From Clostridiales bacterium (lineage in GTDB: Bacteria; Bacillota; Clostridia; Oscillospirales; QAMX01): 48,209 nt of DNA. Numbering within the stretch: the first letter of the stretch is position 1; each line of letters begins with the position of its first letter. Under the pieces are notes generated by a model. That model saw only the letters and a program-made list of their open reading frames with translations. It made no database searches and was not told the DNA's origin. The stretch is taken from positions 1 to 48,209 of the forward strand of contig JAAZKA010000075.1 in NCBI GenBank assembly GCA_012800055.1, given 5' to 3'. Below, one piece after another: positions 42,835 to 48,209 of the stretch. Position numbers and translations under genes: made by a program.

Positions 42835-42887
42835 TGTATCCTCCGAAAAAACGGCATTCATCATTAAACTTTTAGTGAATCGGTCTC

Positions 42888-42916
42888 TTTACATCCTCCG
42901 CCGCGCATGTTATGAT
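42888..42916 (+). promoter_or_regulatory. purC promoter
   Basis: TTTACA-17 bp-TATGAT with extended TG. Confidence 0.7.
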
Positions 42917-42961
42917 GTTTGCATACAGGAAACGCCCCATACCGCTTCAGGAGGAACTTTT

Positions 42962-43819
42962 ATGAAGCCCACACCCATTGCATCCGGCAAGGTCCGCGAG
43001 ATCTACGCCGTTGACGCGTCCCATCTGCTGATCGTCACCACCGACCGCATCTCCGCGTTCGATGTCATCATGCCCACACCCATCGAGGGAAAGGGAAAAA
43101 TTCTCAACGCGCTGTCCATGTTCTGGTTCGATTACACGAAGGATATCATCCCGAACCATGTGGTCACTCCGGACAGCCGGAGGTTCCCCGCGCCGTTTTG
43201 CGGCATGCCGGAGCTTGAGGGCCGCGCGATGCTGGTGAAGAAGCTGAAAATGCTGCCCATCGAGTGCATCGTGCGCGGGTACATCACCGGCTCCGGCTGG
43301 GCAAGCTACCAGAAGTCCGGCGAGGTCTGCGGCATCCGGCTGCCGGAAGGTCTGCAGGAGTCCCAGAAGCTGCCGGAGCCGATCTTCACCCCCTCCACCA
43401 AGGCCGACGAAGGCCACGACGAAAACATCAGCTTCGAGCGCATGTGCGAGATCGTCGGTACGGAGATGGCGGGAAAGCTGCGCACGGCAACGATCGACGT
43501 GTATAAGGCGTGCGCGGACTATGCGGCGAGCCGGGGCATCCTCATCGCCGATACGAAGTTCGAGTTCGGGCTTGATGAAAACGGCGTGCTGACCTTAGGC
43601 GATGAGGTGCTGACGCCGGATTCGTCCAGGTTCTGGCCGGCGGCGGACTACGCCGTGGGCAGAGGACAGCAGAGCTTTGATAAGCAGTATCTGAGGGACT
43701 GGCTGAAAAAGGAGAAGCTCAACGGCGTGGAGCCGGGGCCGCAGCTTCCGGCAGATGTCGTGGAGCAGACAAAGCGGAAGTACCTCGAGGCCGCAAAGAA
43801 GCTGGGTATCCATCTGTAA
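42962..43819 (+). CDS. purC: SAICAR synthetase
   Basis: SGKVREIY, TDRISAFD, IECIVRGY, ADTKFEFG, TPDSSRFW and FDKQYLRDWL motifs; AGGAGG RBS. Confidence 0.97.
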   Translation: MKPTPIASGKVREIYAVDASHLLIVTTDRISAFDVIMPTPIEGKGKILNALSMFWFDYTKDIIPNHVVTPDSRRFPAPFCGMPELEGRAMLVKKLKMLPIECIVRGYITGSGWASYQKSGEVCGIRLPEGLQESQKLPEPIFTPSTKADEGHDENISFERMCEIVGTEMAGKLRTATIDVYKACADYAASRGILIADTKFEFGLDENGVLTLGDEVLTPDSSRFWPAADYAVGRGQQSFDKQYLRDWLKKEKLNGVEPGPQLPADVVEQTKRKYLEAAKKLGIHL

Positions 43820-43955
43820 GCGGAAGCATGCGCCCCGTGCAGGAGATTCCTGCGGAATCTCCCAAAAGCTTTCTGCTTCTTTTTCACGAAAAAGAAGCGC
43901 ATCCCGGCCCCCGTCGTTCCCCGTACTCCATCCCCGCAAAAACATCAGCGGAATG

Positions 43956-43992
43956 AAAAAACGCCGCTCCCGTGTGATGACGGGAGCGGCGT
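43956..43992 (-). terminator. Rho-independent terminator of fba
   Basis: Minus strand ACGCCGCTCCCGT-catcac-ACGGGAGCGGCGT-TTTTT. Confidence 0.85.
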
Positions 43993-44001
43993 ATCATATC
44001 T

Positions 44002-44976
44002 TTAGAAAAGGGAAGCTTTGCCGGCGCAGCCGAGAACGTTGACAAGTTTGTGCTTTACAATCTGCTTGATGTTCTCGCGGGCGGGCCTGAGGTACTGACG
44101 GGGATCGAAGTGATCCGGATGCTCGCTGAAATACTGGCGGATTGAACCGGTCATCGCAAGACGCAGGTCGGAGTCGATGTTGATCTTGCAGACGCTCATG
44201 CGGGCAGCCTCACGCAGCTGGTCTTCGGGGATGCCGACGGCGTCGGGCATTTTGCCGCCGTTGTCGTTGATCATCTTGACGAAGTTCTGCGGGACGGAGG
44301 ATGAGCCGTGGAGGACGATCGGGAAACCCGGCAGACGGCGGGAAACTTCCTTCAGAATGTCGAAGCGGAGGGGCGGCGGTACCAGGACACCCTGCGCATT
44401 GCGGGTGCACTGCGCGGCGGTGAACTTATACGCGCCGTGGGAGGTGCCGATGGCGATCGCCAGAGAGTCGACGCCCGTCTTCGTGACGAACTCCTCAACC
44501 TCGGCCGGATCGGTGTAGGACGAATCCTCGGCGGAGACGTTGATCGCGTCCTCGATACCCGCGAGACGACCCAGCTCGCCCTCAACGACGACGCCGTGCG
44601 CGTGTGCGTAATCGACGACCTTCTTCGTCAGCGCGATGTTATCCTCGAGCTTGAGGTGCGAACCGTCGATCATGACGCTCGTGAAACCGCCGTCCACGCA
44701 GGACTTGCACAGTTCGAACGTATCGCCGTGGTCCAGATGCAAGCAGATCGGGAGATCGGTCTCGATGATCGCAGCTTCGACGAGCTTCATCAGATAGGTG
44801 TGGTTCGCGTATTTACGCGCACCGGACGAAACCTGCAGAATCAGCGGAGCATTCTCTTCCTTCGCGGCTTCGGTGATGCCCTGGATGATCTCCATGTTGT
44901 TGACGTTGAACGCGCCGATGGCGTAACCGTTCTTATAGGCGTCCTCAAACATGGCTTTAGATGTGACAAGAGCCAT
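44002..44976 (-). CDS. fba: Class II fructose-1,6-bisphosphate aldolase
   Basis: GAFNVNN, LHLDHG, SVMIDGS, EGELG, GTSHGAYK, VLHGSS and KINIDSD motifs. Confidence 0.97.
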   Translation of the reverse strand: MALVTSKAMFEDAYKNGYAIGAFNVNNMEIIQGITEAAKEENAPLILQVSSGARKYANHTYLMKLVEAAIIETDLPICLHLDHGDTFELCKSCVDGGFTSVMIDGSHLKLEDNIALTKKVVDYAHAHGVVVEGELGRLAGIEDAINVSAEDSSYTDPAEVEEFVTKTGVDSLAIAIGTSHGAYKFTAAQCTRNAQGVLVPPPLRFDILKEVSRRLPGFPIVLHGSSSVPQNFVKMINDNGGKMPDAVGIPEDQLREAARMSVCKINIDSDLRLAMTGSIRQYFSEHPDHFDPRQYLRPARENIKQIVKHKLVNVLGCAGKASLF

Positions 44977-45009
44977 TTGAATAGTTCCTCCTAGAAATGA
45001 GTTCTTCTA

Positions 45010-45037
45010 ATTGTACCATATTCCGCCAAAAAATCAA
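45010..45037 (-). promoter_or_regulatory. fba promoter
   Basis: Minus strand TTGATT-16 bp-TACAAT with extended TG. Confidence 0.6.
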
Positions 45038-45102
45038 GCCCTGAAACAGAGAATTAATGAATATCCTCTGCCATTTTTTGTACAAACATAACGGGGGTTC
45101 CG

Positions 45103-47223
45103 CTACTTCTGCTGCGTCGTACGCGCGATGACCATGTCCTGCCACTCCTTGGACAGCGTCACAAACCGCGCCGACCACCCCGCCAGCCTCACCGACAGCG
45201 ACCGGTAGCGCTCCGGATGCTTCTGCGCGTCCAGCAGCTCCCGGTTGTCCACCACGTCGAACTGCATGAAAATCCCGCCCAGTTCGCAGAAGGCCCGTAC
45301 CAAGCCCTCGATCACCGCCGTCCCGCGCTCCTCCGTCAGCGTGTTCGGGCCCAGCTTCACATCCAGCGCCGTCCCGCATGTCAAACCCTGCAGGCCCAGT
45401 TTGCAGTGCGACCGGATCACCGCGCTCACACCCTCGACGTCCGTCCCCGGCGTCGGGCACAGGTTTGACGCCAAATATGTCCCGTACGGGAACCCGTGCG
45501 CGTGCGCAAACCGGTTCTTCGCCCACTCGATTTGCCGCCCGAACGTGCTTGCACCCGCCGGCCGCAGGACCCCCTCGCGTTCGCGTACCCGCTCCACCAT
45601 TTCGATGTAGTCGCCCATCAGACGTGTCCCCAGCGCGTCCACCGCGTCGGAGTCGTTGCCCCACATCGTCACATGGCTGCGTACATACGCCCGCAGATCC
45701 TCGTGCCCTTCCCAGTTGCCGCGCAGAATGTCCATGAACTCCCGGAATTCCAGACGGCGTTCATCAAAGACCAGCGTGCGCACCGTGTGCAGCGCGTTGA
45801 TCACATCCGCCACCCCGCCGATGTGCGGTGACGCGACCGTAAAGCGCGGACCGAGGTCGTAGTAGTTGCGCGCCGACTCCATCGAACCGTACTCCAAAAG
45901 GCTCACCACCGGCGTCGGAAGTGCGCCCCACTCGCGCCGCCGTTTCGTATCGATCTCTTTCTGCAGCTCGTCCACAAAGTCTGACAGCCGCCCGATATAC
46001 GCCGCGTATAAGCTCTCGAAGTCCGCATAATCCGGACTCTCCGCCTCGCCCAGGCAGAAAACATCACGCTGTAAAAGCTCGTATGCGTCGAACGGCCGGT
46101 AGTAGAAGCACGTCTCACCGGGCACCTGAATCTCCCAGCAGCCGTCGTTGGCAAACCGTCTGGCATCGCGGACATCGTAACCGAAGCGTACCATGCTTTC
46201 AATGATTTGCGTCTCGTTATAGACCGCGATGACCCCACCGCCGTGCCGGATGTTGCGCGCCGCCAGGTCGAGCACCCACGCCGGCGTCTCGCGGTTCACC
46301 CGGATCGCTACCGGATAGTCGGAGATCGGCAGCTCCTCAAGCACTTCCAGCACCAGCCGCGTGACGTCGTTTGCCACCTCACGGCCGTCCGCGTCGATGC
46401 CCGCCAGGATGATGTTCTGGTAGTGCTGCGCGTCGCCGGAAACCGTCGGCTCGAGCGTGATCCACTCGCAGCCATGGATGAGCATCGACGCGATCAGCTC
46501 ACGCGCGAAGTCCATCGTGATGCGTCCGGTTTCCAGGTCGCGTTTGAGGTACGGCCCGAGCATCTCGTCCACGCGCCCGAGTCCCGGCCAGTTGCCGCAC
46601 AGCCGCTGCCATGAGAACAGGAACCACAGCGCCTGCACCGCCTCGCGGAAGGTCTCCGGCGGTGCAAACGGCACACGTGCCAGACTCTCCGCGATCTCCC
46701 GGCTCACACGCGAACCGTCCGCCGTGAGTACGTCCATGTACCGTTTGTGGTATACCCGCATCGCCGCGACCGCGTTTTGCATACTCTCGAGCACCTCGCG
46801 CTGAGAATCCGTCAGTGCGGGGTTTTTCAAACGTTCGGTCAGTTCCCGGTCGTACGCGTCGATGCCGTATTTCAGCGCACGGGGAAAATCGGGTGTGTAG
46901 TGTGAAACGCTTAAAAAAACCGGCTCGCCTTTGTACCGCGCGGGGATGGTATGGTTGATGCCGTCGCCGAGTGTTGCGGCTCCCGCGACCAGCTCGTACG
47001 GTGTCACTCGGAGCGGCGCGGTCGAGCAGATGCGCATAATGGCCGCGTCGCAGCGCTTCTGCGCGGATAATTCCTCAAAGTTTTCTATATCATCGAGCGT
47101 GACATACGGCGTACGGCGTGCTGCCCTGCCGTAGACACCGTTAAGAGATATGGCAGCGTAGGTACGAGTCTCACGCGACAGGCGCACAGGACGCGGGATG
47201 GAGGACACGTTGTGAAAATTCAT
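45103..47223 (-). CDS. Glycyl radical enzyme (PFL superfamily) of unknown reaction
   Basis: PETFREAVQ, GRVD, NDGCWE (Cys loop), WGND and C-terminal LLDAQKHPERYRSLSVRLAGWS (Gly loop); GAGG RBS before ATG 47223. Confidence 0.92.
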   Translation of the reverse strand: MNFHNVSSIPRPVRLSRETRTYAAISLNGVYGRAARRTPYVTLDDIENFEELSAQKRCDAAIMRICSTAPLRVTPYELVAGAATLGDGINHTIPARYKGEPVFLSVSHYTPDFPRALKYGIDAYDRELTERLKNPALTDSQREVLESMQNAVAAMRVYHKRYMDVLTADGSRVSREIAESLARVPFAPPETFREAVQALWFLFSWQRLCGNWPGLGRVDEMLGPYLKRDLETGRITMDFARELIASMLIHGCEWITLEPTVSGDAQHYQNIILAGIDADGREVANDVTRLVLEVLEELPISDYPVAIRVNRETPAWVLDLAARNIRHGGGVIAVYNETQIIESMVRFGYDVRDARRFANDGCWEIQVPGETCFYYRPFDAYELLQRDVFCLGEAESPDYADFESLYAAYIGRLSDFVDELQKEIDTKRRREWGALPTPVVSLLEYGSMESARNYYDLGPRFTVASPHIGGVADVINALHTVRTLVFDERRLEFREFMDILRGNWEGHEDLRAYVRSHVTMWGNDSDAVDALGTRLMGDYIEMVERVREREGVLRPAGASTFGRQIEWAKNRFAHAHGFPYGTYLASNLCPTPGTDVEGVSAVIRSHCKLGLQGLTCGTALDVKLGPNTLTEERGTAVIEGLVRAFCELGGIFMQFDVVDNRELLDAQKHPERYRSLSVRLAGWSARFVTLSKEWQDMVIARTTQQK

Positions 47224-47267
47224 CGTCTTGACCTCTCTTTCGGAAATGCCGGAGAACTCCCGAATGC

Positions 47268-47330
47268 ATTTTAACACACGCAAAAAAAAATGTCAAGCCC
47301 CTTGCAAAACACCTCCGGATGCGGTATACT
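47268..47330. promoter_or_regulatory. Back-to-back divergent promoters
   Basis: Minus: TTGACA(47291-47296)-17-TAAAAT with TG. Plus: TTGCAA(47302-47307)-17-TATACT. Confidence 0.75.
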
Positions 47331-47352
47331 GAACGCATAGGAGGTGTATATT

Positions 47353-48209
47353 ATGGTATGGAAACTCGCGAAATCCTCACGTGACGCGGCGATTGATCTC
47401 GCGGCGTCGGAGCTGAAGAAGTACCTGGAGCGCATCGACCCGACCGTCGAGGTCGCAATCCTGAGCGTCCCGGGTTGGACGGCCGAGCTGACGGACGTGC
47501 TGTGGCTGGACGTCTGCCCGGAGGTCAGTGCACTGGTAAAGGATCCGCTGTATGACGACGCCATCCGCATCGACATGCGCGGCGGACGCGGCGGCATCTA
47601 CGGAGCAAATCCCCGCAGCGTGCTGCTGGGCGCGTACCGGTTCCTGCGGGAGCTGGGCTGCGCGTGGGTACGTCCCGGCAGCAACGGCGAGATCATCCCC
47701 GCACGTTCCCTCGCGGACATCGCGGTAAGCCTCACCGAGGTTCCCTCCTGCCGCCACCGCGCCGTCTGCATCGAGGGTGCCGTCAGCTACGACCATGTCG
47801 CAGATATGATTTCCTGGCTGCCGAAGATCGGCATGAACGGCTACTTCAATCAGTTCAACAGCCCCTTCACGTTCTACGACCGCTGGTATTCGCATATGGA
47901 AAACCCGCTGTTCGAAGATGAACGTTTGAGCGCGGCGGAAATCCGGGGATTGCGCGACCAGAGCATCGAGGAGATGAAGAAGCGCGGTCTGATGTACCAC
48001 GCCGCCGGCCACGGCTGGACCTGTGAGCCGTTCGGCATCCCCGGCGAGACCTGGGACACCCGTACCTACGACATCACCGAAGAGCAGCGCGCCTTCATGG
48101 CGGAGGTCAACGGCAAGCGCGATCTGTGGCGCGGCGTCCCGCTCAACACGAACCTGTGCTATTCCAACCCCGAGGTGCGCGGCCGCATCGCCGACGCAAT
48201 CGCCGAGAC
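47353..48209 (+). CDS. DUF4838-like / glycoside-hydrolase-like protein (partial, runs off the right edge)
   Basis: Not in the ORF track because it is truncated. AGGAGG RBS; MVWKLAK...AASELKKYL...GANPRSVLLGAYRFLRELGC...RAVCIEGA...GHGW...LCYSNPEV, a GH20/GH67-N-like domain followed by a probable barrel. Confidence 0.75.
   Translation, partial: MVWKLAKSSRDAAIDLAASELKKYLERIDPTVEVAILSVPGWTAELTDVLWLDVCPEVSALVKDPLYDDAIRIDMRGGRGGIYGANPRSVLLGAYRFLRELGCAWVRPGSNGEIIPARSLADIAVSLTEVPSCRHRAVCIEGAVSYDHVADMISWLPKIGMNGYFNQFNSPFTFYDRWYSHMENPLFEDERLSAAEIRGLRDQSIEEMKKRGLMYHAAGHGWTCEPFGIPGETWDTRTYDITEEQRAFMAEVNGKRDLWRGVPLNTNLCYSNPEVRGRIADAIAE

Noticed and set aside
42917-42961. Purine or ZTP riboswitch upstream of purC
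   Set aside because: The predicted leader is only about 40 nt, too short for these aptamers.
45103-47223. Calling the GRE pyruvate formate-lyase (pflB)
   Set aside because: It lacks the adjacent Cys-Cys pair and the RVSGY loop of true PFL.

Overview
GC-rich chromosomal segment of a Firmicute (probably Clostridia-like, judged from sigma-A-type promoters, a CIRCE box and gene content). I see no transposase, integrase, phage gene, CRISPR array, rRNA or tRNA. From left to right: a V/A-type ATPase operon with a Na+-type K subunit (ntpA truncated by the window edge), a zinc-ribbon protein, an atypical ROK protein, a secreted pseudo-deacetylase, an Asp-box sialidase-like protein, a TAXI-TRAP transporter, a membrane protein, a Zn/Mn ABC transporter, CIRCE-groES-groEL, a lipid kinase, miaB-mutS (no mutL), an AraM-like G1P dehydrogenase, an RlmL-like methylase, an M3 peptidase, a two-domain PPK2, mutY, a PHP hydrolase, a six-gene minus-strand sugar-acid cluster (amidohydrolase, PfkB kinase, gnd, histidine phosphatase, unknown 669-aa protein, LarA-family epimerase), purC, fba, an orphan glycyl radical enzyme with unusual active-site loops, and a divergent DUF4838-like gene. 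The best candidates for new biology are the LarA/PfkB/Gnd cluster, the GCWE/RLAGW glycyl radical enzyme, a dispersed ~80-bp intergenic element associated with these genes, and a possible antisense structured RNA inside the TRAP operon. All family calls come from motif recognition by eye; no database search was run.
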